NCBI RefSeq assembly: GCF_024521635.1
Contig: NW_026250404.1
Span: 744,001 to 808,000, forward strand
DNA length: 64,000 bases
Reading direction: 5' to 3'
Origin: Tricharina praecox
Lineage: Eukaryota
Positions 25,882-37,168 of this stretch are shown piece by piece. How positions within the stretch are numbered: the first letter of the stretch is position 1; each line of letters begins with the position of its first letter. A program made the translations under genes and the position numbers. A model generated the notes under the pieces. That model did not search any database. It was not told the origin of the DNA and worked only from the letters and a program-made list of their open reading frames with translations.

Positions 25882-26629
25882 TAAACACTGCCCTACAGTA
25901 CGTGTGTACCACCGCGACCCGTTACCGCATGCCTACTCCACACAGAGTACCTAGACCGAGACTGAGACCCAGACGTAAGCGAAATATGCGAAGGTTCAAG
26001 GGAGCAGACCGGACTGTGTTGGGAGTCGGGACTCGGGGGTCGCAAGTTCGAACCCGCCTGGGGTGTGGCTTGTCGCTGAGTACCTATGGCAGTACCTATG
26101 GCAGTGTGGCTTGCGCCTGGCTTTGCCATGCCTGCTGTACAATACATATGATACCCAGTGCAGCATACGGTCTCGCCCAGGGGAGCAGGTACAATACATA
26201 CACACGAATTCTCGGCCGCACCCCATCGCAAGGCTGAACACCTCGAACACCTCGACTCTCGACTCTCGACTCTCGACTCCCTGGCCTGTCTCCTTGTCCC
26301 CGCCGGCGTCGTCCACTCACATCGCGCGTTACAACTGTAAGCTGTCACCGCAGTGGTATGACCTCATCCGGCATGCGATGCGCGCGCAGATTTAAGAATC
26401 TAGCCACTGGCCTACTGCAACTCTACTCTAGAGTCTAGAGTTTACTCCAGAGTAGTTAAAAATTTATGCACCCCATTCCGTCAGCGCACATACGTTTGTA
26501 CCACACTTGGGGATGGAGGATGCGGAGGAGGATGGAGGTTGGAGATTGGAGGTTAGAGGATAGTGGACGATGAGCGGGAGGATGGAGGATCAACGGTAGA
26601 GTATATTGCCCTGAGCCAGACCTGAGCAC

Positions 26630-26707
26630 GACCTGAATATGGACCTGAATATGGACCTGGCATTGACCTGGCATTGACCTGGCATTGACCTGGCATGGAC
26701 CTGGCAT
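26630..26707. repeat. Minisatellite (GACCTGAATATG)x2 then (GACCTGGCATT)x~5
   Basis: Directly visible tandem units. Confidence 0.85.
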
Positions 26708-27859
26708 GTTTACTTTGACTTTGGGGGCTGTTGATTGGGGGGTACGAGGGTCAGGGTGCTTGAGGGTGTTTGAGGGTGTTTGCCTACCCGTCAGCCTGCC
26801 CCTGGACGCGGCGGCGGCCATGCGGCCATGCAGAAAGCTGCGGCTGGGTCTGGGGACGGGGGAGCGGAGGCGGAGGCTTGTTCTGTTGGCTTCCTGCCAC
26901 GAGCATAACGAATGGAAGCAACGGGAGGATGTCTCCGGGTACCTGGCTATGCATCTGCTTCGGCGCTTTCAGCATAATCAAAGCTTCTAAAGGCAGCGGA
27001 GCCAGTTAGCCGCTGGCCACATCTGGTATGTACTCTAGATCTACGTAGGCATTGCAAACCGAGTTCCTCTACTAGATCGTCTCATGGGTACTCGGACAGC
27101 GGCCAGCCACCCTACCGACATACCAGTGCCACCCAGCCCAGCCTGTCCAAATAGCCATGCAATCATCTACCGGCAGTACTGTTCCCTTGGATCTCCGCTC
27201 ACCGTACGAGACTGGCCGCTGCACGCCAGCTACGGTAGGTAGGCTGCAGGTATGGTATCCTATGAGCTGGGGAAGGGGGTGATAAAGGGGGAAGGGGAAG
27301 GGCTATTCTGCAGACAAAGTGGCACCGAAGGAGCGGCCCCCCCCTCCCTCCCTCCCTATCTCCGCGAGGCTAGGAGCACTACCGAAGCAGTGCGGTGGTG
27401 TGCGGTGGTGTGTGGTGCATTGAGGTGCGGTGCGGTACGAATTGCCATCTCCATCTTTCAGGTCATCATCTAAGTTATTTCAGGGCACGCAATCGGCGTC
27501 AGGGCTGATATGTAACTCACTCAGGGTTGCTGCTGCTGCACAGATGAGGAGTGCGTGCGTATGTGTGTGCAGATCTCGATATAATACGTTCTACATAATC
27601 TATTGGCGAATTCCGAACGAGGCACTGAGGCTGGCAGGGAGCAGCATTGAGACACAAAAAAAAAGAAAAAAAGTAAAGAAAAACAGGCGCGATGGACGAC
27701 TCTGCGCGCGATGTGCTGGGTATCACTCGGATCTAAGGCTGCTTCTCGAGGTGGGTTACATGGTAGGTACTCGACAGCACGATAAGAGAGCGAGAAAGCT
27801 CTTTCCAATATACCTGTGTTCGAACCCCTAAGAGTCAATGGCCGCTGAGCCTAATGGCA

Positions 27860-28990
27860 ATACACTGTTCACTCACTCAAAGATGTGGACGGAGCCTTGC
27901 TCGGGATGGAGTCTTGCGGGTACTTACTAGTATTCAGCCATTCACAGGTGGCGATGGAGCTCTCACTGCTAATCGAGGCTAGTTTCAAAGGTGGACGAAG
28001 CCCTGCTAGGGATCAAGTCTTGCGGGTACTTATTCAGCCATTCACAAGCGACTATAGAGTTCTCACTACCGATTGAGGCTGGGTTCCAAGTCCAACACAT
28101 TCTTCGCCCAAAGATGTGGAGTCTTGCGGGTATCCATTCAGCCATTCATAGGCAAAGATGGGATTCTCACTGCCCATTGAGGCTGGTTTTCAAGCCCAAC
28201 ACACTGTTGCTCAGGGTGGAGTCTTGCGGGTGTTCAGCCATTCATAGGCGGCGATGGAGCTCTCGCTGCCGATTGAGCCCGGTTTTCCAGGCCCACCAAT
28301 TCGACCGTAGAAATTAGAATATCGGGCATTGCAACCGTTTACTCAAGGATGTAGATGAAGACCTGCTCGGAATTACTTGCGGGTATCCACTAGTATCCAG
28401 CCATTCCTGTTGGAAGGACTCGTGGAGGTGATTCACTGGAACGATCGATATGGAGAGAAGTGAAGTGTTATGTTCGGGTCTAGGGGCTACAAGTACAAGA
28501 GAGAGAGGGAGAGAGAGGGAGAGAGAGAGAAATAAACCAAACTTGGGCCCGCTACCGCACCGGATATTCCAAGTAATCACCACCGGTCCTCCGAACGGGT
28601 AGTGGACTACTCACAGAAGCACACTCGTTCCCACAATTCCTAAGCGATGATGGAGCTCTCACTGCCCATTGAGCCTAGTTTTTCCAAGCCCACCAATTCG
28701 GCCGTAGAAATCAGAATCACTGGCATTGCAACCGTCGTCCGGCTACGTAGTTCCATTCACAGGCGACAATGGAGCTCTCGCTGCCGATTGAGGGTCGGTT
28801 TCCAAGCCCAACACACTGCTCATTCACAGATGTGTAATCTTACGGGTATTCAGCCATTCACAGGCGACCATCGAGCTCTCACTAACGATTGAGGCTAGTT
28901 TTCCAAGCCCACAAATTCGACCGTAGAAATCAAAATCTAACCACCGTCCGGCTATGTAGTCCCTTGCGAGACATCAATTCCTGAGAACGA
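27860..28990 (+). repeat. Left arm of an inverted array of degenerate ~120-bp subrepeats
   Basis: Recurrent blocks CAGCCATTCACAGGCGRCGATGGAGCTCTCACT, GATTGAGGCT, CAAGCCCAACACACTG, CAAAGATGTGGA and GTCTTGCGGGTA. Boundaries approximate. Confidence 0.85.
28408..28635. mobile_element. Solo LTR (228 bp) of an LTR retrotransposon
   Basis: Ends TGTTGGAA...TTCCCACA (TG..CA, imperfect inverted termini); 5-bp TSD ATTCC at 28403-28407 and 28636-28640; internal AATAAA; splits one subrepeat unit cleanly. Confidence 0.85.
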
Positions 28991-30594
28991 TGTAGTCCCT
29001 CCAGAATCCCTTCCAGGAGTTCAACCGGATAGCATCGCTACGGAAGAACCACCACAGCAGCGGGATCTTCTGGCACCGAATTCTATCCAAAGACCCTTAC
29101 CGTACTGGTACATGTGGTCATATTTTTCTGCGGGTATCACCCCGATCACCTAGCTTCCTCGCGGAGTTTTCCAATATCCGAGGAAATCTGTGTTGTGATA
29201 CCTACAGTAGCACTACCGCTCAGATTTAAATCCAGCAGTCTCAGAGAATACAGACTTACTCTGGAATTATTTGTTTCCTTACAGACTTAATTCTACGGTA
29301 TCGAAAAGCATACGCAGTGTTGTAAAGATACGCTTACTAAAAGGCCAGAAGGACTACTGCAATTCTTCCGAAAGCAAAATATTACGCACTGTCCAGAATA
29401 CCAACGAACTACCATAGAACTACCTTATTCGCACAAAAACGTAATGCAGAGAAAACGCTGTCATGCTAATCCGGTAGTTCGTAGACTGTAGTAAAACTAT
29501 AACGACAAGAGGCCTACAGAAGAAATGCCGTGCTGAGGAGAATGCCCCGGTCACTGAATTCGGTATGCAAACGGTAGAAGCCCTCTAGTTTCTACAATAC
29601 GTGCTCTGAGGAAGACGTGCTGTACGCAAGCAAACATTTACGACATTCTTGTAGTGCAGGAAGTGCCGAGTACTTCGAAGAAATAGACCGAGTGATGGGA
29701 CATGAGGCACGAGTCCATCGCATGCGATCGCAATGGAATCGCTCTTACATCACCAGATCCCTCCGCTTTTCGCTGCCTACTTGTATTTTCCTGTGGACTG
29801 GCTTGCCCACAAACTTCCTCGGCGGAGCATGTGCGCTGATCACGTGCTCCTGCGCACATCGAGTTGCAGGCTGTGGCTGCGTCACTTGGCTATCGCACGT
29901 CGTGTCGTGGAGTCGGCTATCGGGCCTGCGGCCTTGCGATAAAAACGGGAGCCTAAAAAACGCCTGGTCACTCACTACGCAATCATCCGAACCTGTTAGG
30001 CTGTTACTTCCTACATATTTCATTTCCTGTATGTACGAAGACCAGCACATCACTGCCCTCGGAGTAACCATCCATGGCTGCTAGTACGTACGTACTGTTA
30101 CCCAATATTGAATCTGACCTTACGAAAGTAACACACAGAGAGCAGCCGCGCGATCATGGTAGTCCCTCCTCCATCCTCGGATGCTCAACCCCCAGACGGT
30201 TTGTTCACACCTGAGCCTTGCTTAAAATCACTCGCTTTTCTGGCGCGCTGTAATGCATGGATAACCAATAGCTATTCATACTACGTATCTCCTCATGAGA
30301 CGACAGTACTACCGCATGTTTTCCACCTTATACATACTTGCTATGGCAAAAACCGAGGTAAACTGACTCTAACATCCACTGTGCATTGTCTCAAGGAAAT
30401 GGCGGGTCAATACTCCAGAGTATCTTTGATTTCGAGTCGCCGCGGTATTGATTCCACGGACCTGTTTTGTTGCTGTGGGTTCTAGTGTGAGTGCTGATTC
30501 AATAGTGGAAAAGGACATCGCGATATTTGTACTCACGGATGATCACTCGTTCAAAACCAGTACAAGATGTTTTCAGTTCTGGCCAAGTATTTCT

Positions 30595-31247
30595 TGAGTC
30601 TCCGCACCACGAGTGAAAGCTCTGTCGTCGCCTGTGAATGACCGAATGGGTACTCGCAAGACATTTTGAGCAGGGCTTCGTCCACACCTTTGAGTGAGCA
30701 GTGTGTTGGGCTTGGAAGACCTGCCTCAATCGGTAGTGAGAGCTCCATCGTCATCTGTGAATGACACTGTCCTTAGGAATGATGCCTCGCATAGAACTAC
30801 GTAGGTAAGTAGCCAGACGACTGTTGCAATGCCCGAGATTCTGATTTCTACGGTCGAAGTGGTGGGTATGGAAACCGGCCTCAATGGGTAGTGAGGGCTC
30901 CATCGCCGCCTGTGAATGGCTGGATGGGTACTCGCAGGGCATCCCGAGCCGGACTTCATCCACATCTTTGAGTGGATAGTGTGTTTGGCTTGGAAGACCA
31001 GCCTCAATGGGCAGTGGGAGTTCCATCTTTGCTTGCGAATGGCTGAATACTAGTATGTACCCGCAAGATTCCATCCCGAGCAGCACTTCGTCCACATCTT
31101 TGAGTGAGCAGTGTGTTAGGCTTGAAAACCCAACATTAATCGCTAGTGAGAGTTGCATCGTCGCTTGCGAATGGCTGAATGGGTATCCGCAAGACTCCAC
31201 ATCTTTGAGTGCACAGTGTGTTAAGCTTGAAGGACCAGCCTCAATCG
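30595..31247 (-). repeat. Right arm of the inverted subrepeat array
   Basis: Reverse-complement copies of the same blocks (AGTGAGAGCTCCATCGTC, TGTGAATGGCTG, TCCACATCTTTGAGTG, GATTCTGATTTCTACGGTCGAA). Boundaries approximate. Confidence 0.85.
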
Positions 31248-31870
31248 GATGTGAATTTATATATTTGCAGGATGTTTAGCAAGACCAGACATATTTACCT
31301 TCGTCTAACAATAACAACGGTGGTAGGTACCACTTTCACGGCATTCTCGAGCTCGAGCGTAGCGTACAGCGAGAATAGGCCTTAGAAGCAGCTGCGGCAG
31401 CCAGATGCAACCAAGCTGGATACTTGGATATGGAACTGGTATCATACGTTGTACTGGTATGCATCCTCGGCCTCGCACCACCTCTCCTCGGCCTACCGTA
31501 CTACGGTATTGCCGCCGCTCTCGCCAACACCACAACCCGCACCACAACCCGCACCATCCCCTCGGCAACTCCAAGTCTCCAACACCGACACCGCCTCCGC
31601 CTGCATCTGCACCCTCCCGTGCCGACATCCGCTCGGGAACCTCCTCCACCTCCACCCTCCAGTGCCGATATCCGCTCGGAAACCTCCTCCACCCCCACCT
31701 CTCAGCGCCGGTTACATAGAGTACACTCATCCCCCGGTAGCTCACCTCCCCCGAAACCCGCGCCCCCCCGAAACCCCTCACCTCCCCTACCCTCGTAGTT
31801 ACACTCTAAGTAGAGCCCCATGCACGCCAGCGGCCAGCAGCCAACCACGCGCTGCCGCCTGCTCCCTTCG

Positions 31871-31938
31871 CATTCCCGCCTGCCATTCCCACCTGCCATT
31901 CCCGCCTGCCATTCCCACCTGCCATTCCCGCCTGCCAT
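31871..31938. repeat. 13-bp tandem repeat (CATTCCCRCCTGC)x5
   Basis: Directly visible. Confidence 0.85.
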
Positions 31939-32674
31939 CGGAACTGCACGCTTCGCCTACGAATCTACGATTCGCGGACGAGGCTACGGGGCTACGGCAC
32001 GCGGCGCGCGAGTTCTTGATGCGGCTGCGGGACGATCCTGACGGTCCCGGAGCACCCTCCGGGTCTCCGACGCATGTCTGGCAGGTCTTGTACAGTCCTG
32101 TCGCCACGGGTTGCGCTGCAGACTGCGGGAAAGATGGGAGCATACATATCAGCAGCAGCAGCAGCAGCGGCGGCGGCGGCGGTGGCGGTGATGGTTGCAA
32201 TGGTGATGATAATGGTGATGACGGGTATGTGGAGCGAGAACGTACGAGACCGGACACGGGGAGGTGGGGTGGGGTCGCAGTGGAGAGAGGCATCAGTATT
32301 CGTGTTTGATGCGTTTCTAGGCATACTCTAACCGGTTCTGCGGCAGCAGGGGAGGATGTGATGTGATGAGGTCGCGTGGTGAGGAGTACTTCTGTCACCT
32401 GGCTGGACTCGTGCTATCCTATCCTAGCCCGATGAGAGGGAGGCCTCAGGTGCTCTCAGGTGTTCATGGGTGAGAGCGTTGCGGACTCCGGAGGTTATGC
32501 AGGTGGACGGGTGTGGATGCATGCATGGAATTGTTCCTGCGGCTCGGTGTGAGATGATAGATCGCGGAGGAGTGGCACATGGTTGCAGGGGGGTAACTAC
32601 TAGCAGGTGCTTGGATGTTCAAGTCTCAGGAGGGAGTCAGGAATGAGTTAACCTGTAGTTAGTGCTTATGTTAT

Positions 32675-32995
32675 TGTTCACTAGTCCGTAGAGGTTCATT
32701 TGTCACCGTATTGAAGAGCGAGAGCGGGATGCTGAGGGAGATCACGCCACTCTACGGTTGTATACCGAGCACCATCGGCCCATCACATCAGCAGCAGAAC
32801 CAGACTTCACTGCTCTCACCCGCGCCCCGATCTAGTGTTCATTGGTCTCCAGAGGCTCATTTGTCACCGTATTGAACAGCGAGAGCGGGGCTCTGAGGGA
32901 GATCACATCACTCTACGGTCGTATACCGAGCACCATCGGCCCACCGCATCAGCAGTATGCATGTATGTAGAACTAGACTTCACCTCTCTCGCCTT
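32675..32995. repeat. Tandem direct duplication, ~161-bp unit x2
   Basis: TCATTTGTCACCGTATTGAA..GAGGGAGATCAC..GTATACCGAGCACCATCGGCCCA occurs twice, about 161 nt apart, with scattered substitutions. Confidence 0.85.
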
Positions 32996-35239
32996 CGACG
33001 ATCCCGAGTGACACCGGGTGCCTCCATAGTCCTTCACACAGGCACGCACCCCTGTTTCTCCACTTTCGCTACCGAGGGATCCACCCGAAACCGTCGGAAC
33101 CAGATAAGGTAGTACCGTAGTGGGTTACGTCGTTCAAATCTCCGAGTGCCCCCCGCCCGCCCCGAGTGTCCCGACCCCGACCACCCCGACCTTCCCCCCG
33201 ACCCCGTAATTGCCCCCAGAGCAGGAAACATCGATGATCCCATCCCCACACTACGAAACGCAACGCAATTCAACTCAACTCGCTTACAACTGCGGACAAC
33301 ACACACAAGATCTACTTGGGTCTATAACGTCAATAAAATGATTCCCCCCCCCCCCCCCCCCCCAACAACGCACACAACACAACACAACACAACACAGCAC
33401 AGCACACACTCAATTTAAATGACGGAATGGGGATGAGTCGACTCATAAGTCGCCATTCATTACTGAAACCGGCAAAGCGCTCGCTCCAAGCTCTCTAGCT
33501 GGGCCAACGGAGCATTATACACATCATATCATATCATATCACACATATGCATAACGGAAAAATAAATCCCATCATTATAATAATAATAGCCAAAAAGCCA
33601 TAAAAGTAGCTCCGGATTTCCCCCGAAGTTCGCACAGCACACCATGTCAAATCCAGTCAGTGATCCCGCGACTCCCGAAACACCACCGCGCAAAAGCAAA
33701 AGCAAAAAAATCGTCCGTCCGTCCGTAAGTCCCACCATAGAGTACGGTAGGTAGAGTAGAGTAGAGTAGAGTACATGGTGAAGCGCAATCCCCGAAAACC
33801 CCCAAGCCCGATTTGCCCGAAACGAAAACGAGCATGCAATAATAAACACGCAATAAATGATGAAATGCAATTGGAAGTGGAAGTGGAAGTGGATATGGGA
33901 AAAGGTAGAGTAAGCTTGAATAAAGTCTAGTGAGAGGTCACAATGCGACGACGACGACGACGTCGGGAAGAAGAAAAGAAAAGAAAAGAAAAAAACATCA
34001 CGCCACTCGGCTCGGCTCGTCCGACACATACAGGAATCAACATGACATATCGCTAAACATCAAACAAATGTCAAAAATCCCCAAATGAAAAAGGTTCGTG
34101 AAAATGAGTTGCAAAAAAAAAACAAAAGAATGAAACGCACGCCCGAAAAAAAAACATCGAACACGCTCCGAACACGAGCTCCCGAACCCCCCGAACCCTC
34201 CGAACCTAACTCGCATCACTTCTCCATCGATGGGATGAAACTTGGTGATGTCTTTGCTCTGCCATCAGTGCGGTCACTGCTCCGCGTCTCCATCTCGTAG
34301 GAAACACGGGAAAAGTCGCCAAGGTGGACGATTTTTGCTCCTTTCCTCCCATATTTGCCCCTTGGTCTTTGCTTTTTTTTTGCTGCTTCATCTCATCTCC
34401 CCATTGTCATTGCTCGTATGATGCCAACGTTAAATCGCTTCTTCTGCCCACCCCTCATCGTCACTTCTTTTCCTGAGCTCGCTTCGACGAAATATGTTAT
34501 CGAATTGAACTGTGAGCGATGCTCATATTTCTCTTTGGCGCTGGCTATGCTCCAAGCATGAAGCCGCTTTTGAGCAGGCATGGCTGTCGTGATGCGTTGT
34601 GGCTGTTGATAACAAAATCAAACAGTCGACACAAAAATGCATGCAAAAGAGAGAAACGTCGAAAACCCCTTGAAGAGTAGTATGGCATTGCCGAACGAGC
34701 ATGATAGCTGCCCCGTGATTATTTTTTGTTGCTTGATGTTCTTGATTCTGCTGAGCCCGTTTGCCCCGGTGAAATGTTTTTTTCAACCGCCAAAACCGTG
34801 ATCTCAATCAATCGAAAAGAGAAAACCAAGAAAAAGAAAATAGAGACAGAATTTTGCTGCCGGCAAGCGGTAGGCAGGGCCGGAATCGCTTGCGAACACT
34901 GTGTAGTGGTGAATGTGCAATGATGATGGTTTGTCGAGACTGCCGTGGTGAAGCTGCGTGGAAAGAAACCCTCAGCAACCTGCCGAAGCAGTCATCCCGC
35001 TGCAGGTTACTCACCTCAGGGAGGTTCTGCAGGTGCTACCTGACGGCGGTAGTGTTTTTGTGTAGGAAGGCCAATTCGTAAAAGCCGTTCCCCAGATGAA
35101 CCATGACAGCAATCGAAGCAAAGAAATGCAAAGATAAAGAAGAGAAAAGAAACGAACATTGAGGTCATGAAGTCATTTCACTATTCTCATCTTTTCCTCT
35201 CCTTTCGTCAAGTCATTAAAACATCAACTGCCTTCAGCG

Positions 35240-37168
35240 TTAGAAAGGACTGTCGCTTAGTGGAGTCATGTAAAGATCCGACGGCGACACAGTGCTGCCA
35301 CCAACCCCAACAGAAAAGTCATGTGGAAGTCGGTGGTCTTGAAGAAGATGCCGGTGGAAAGGGTATAAATCCGGCGATGTGCTGTTAAACATCGTCGAGC
35401 CAGAAGCAGATACCGCCGCATGGCTGATTGTGTGTTGAGAGACCTCGACGGTTGTACCATCGGTGCCCCGTGCTGTCTTTCCTGCAAACGCAAAGTGCTC
35501 GTCGAATTGCATCCAATTGTCGGAAATGCCAGACAGCACGGCTTCAGTGGAGAGCTGACTAGCTTTCCTGAGCTTATCCTCGCGACTAGCGGCAAGTTGC
35601 TGAACGTATGACGCAACAGGCTTGGTCGCGACACCTCCTTGATCTGTGCTCGACGTTACTTCGTACCCTTCCTCTTCCTCTTCCTCTTCCTCCTCCTCCT
35701 CTTCCTCTTCTTCCCATTTCGGCTGTTCGCCTTCTGCAGAGTCTTGCTCCACCTCTCCCTCTCTTTCCGAACTCTCGAGCGACTGCCTTTCCTTTTCCTT
35801 TTCCGCTTGGCCTTTGTTCTTCTTTCCTCCTCTTTTCCGTGCCTCCCCATCGACCTCAACCTCAATAGCCTCGATCCAATCGCGAATGTTGTCGGGAACG
35901 ACTACACCTGGTGTCTTCTCCGGGTTGAAGTGCTGCCTTTTGAGATGTGCGGTGGCGTTGTAGTCGACGCCGTAGTGTCGGTCGGTCGTACACGCCTTGC
36001 ATCTCGAGAGGAGTCCGCTACCCGATCTATCCCGTACCACCCACACTCTCTTCTTCCGGGCATGAATACGTTCGAAGTGGCGTCGGTATTCATGGTCCCC
36101 TCGAAATCCGTTGTGTCCGTCGGGACACAGTGGGCAGAGGACTCGGGGGTGTCTAGGCCGGACGTAGACGCCTCTCCCCCAGGTTGAACTGCCTGTTCGG
36201 GTTTGCGAGTTGCCCCGTTGCTGGGGCTTGGTCCGTTGGTTGCTCGGGGGTTGGTCCTGACCTTGGTCTTTTGATCGTCCGGTAGAAACCCGTTTCGCTG
36301 CTTTGGTCTGACACTTCAAACTGCTGGTGAGAGCCTTCTCCGCTTCCGCTTGATGAAGCTCCTGAACCGAAACCGCTGCACTTCGCTTGGTAGAAGTGGA
36401 CAGTACGATGGGTGGCGAGCTGTACTCGAAATCCTCGAATCCATGGCCGATTCCGGAGATGGCAATGTCGTCGTGCTCGCCGTACGAGGAATTTTCACCG
36501 TGTTGTGTCTCAAAACATGCCGAATCGAACGCACCCGTCATTCCGGTGGATCCATTTGAGTTCCTGCTTGTGGCCGTGTTGAGGAATGTGGCCAACTCGA
36601 AAGAGGGAGGAGCATCGAAATGCTGTTCCATCGTGGCCGTTGTCGTCGAGCCGAGAGTGAACGTTGACGACTCCCAGAGATACGAGGCGTCATACTGGAT
36701 ATTGGGTGCACTCCGAATCTTCGCCTCCGAGGGTTGGCATTCTTCCGGGAGATATATCGGATCGTTTGCCAGGGGCTGGCCAAGATAATTCTCGAGGGCC
36801 GGCGACCACGGCCTTGCTGCTGGATGTGGTGGCGGTGCCGCATCGGAGAAAGAGTCGGGTGTAGGCGGAAGGAAGTCGTAGGTTGGGCTTATCTACTGAA
36901 TGTGAGCCATGCGCCTAGACACAGACCTCCCCCGCCTCGTACACGGACGGATATCTCTTACCGTCGAGTGCTTCGGGATCTGTTGCGGTCTTGTTGCGAT
37001 GCAGCTTTCTGCAGTCAACAGAGTCCGTGCCTCTTCTTCTTCTTCATCTTCTTCCGAGCGATCATTATCGGCAAAGAACACCTTGATCGCCTGTTCCGCC
37101 GACACGTCCGGATTCTCTTTGATATACCGGGCGAACGCCCGCAATGTCGGTTCCGAAGGTGTATGCAT
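35240..37168 (-). CDS. Zinc-finger protein ZF4, KLAP1 (key lime pathogenicity protein)-like / DUF7896-type domain
   Basis: Exons 37168-36962 and 36892-35240 (69-nt intron GTAAGA..GCTCAC..CAGTAG). YVRPRHPRVLCPLCPDGHNGFRGDHEYRRHFERIH...LSRCKACTTDRHYGVDYNATAHLKRQHF matches the recalled KLAP1-family signature (GFRGEHELRRH...CKAC...YNAAAHLRR.HF); a poly-Glu tract follows. Confidence 0.85.

Noticed and set aside
27860..31247. CRISPR-like array or repeat-protein ORFs (MELSLPIEAG...)
   Set aside because: Eukaryotic context, degenerate contiguous units without unique spacers, no cas genes, and the reading frame is not kept between units.
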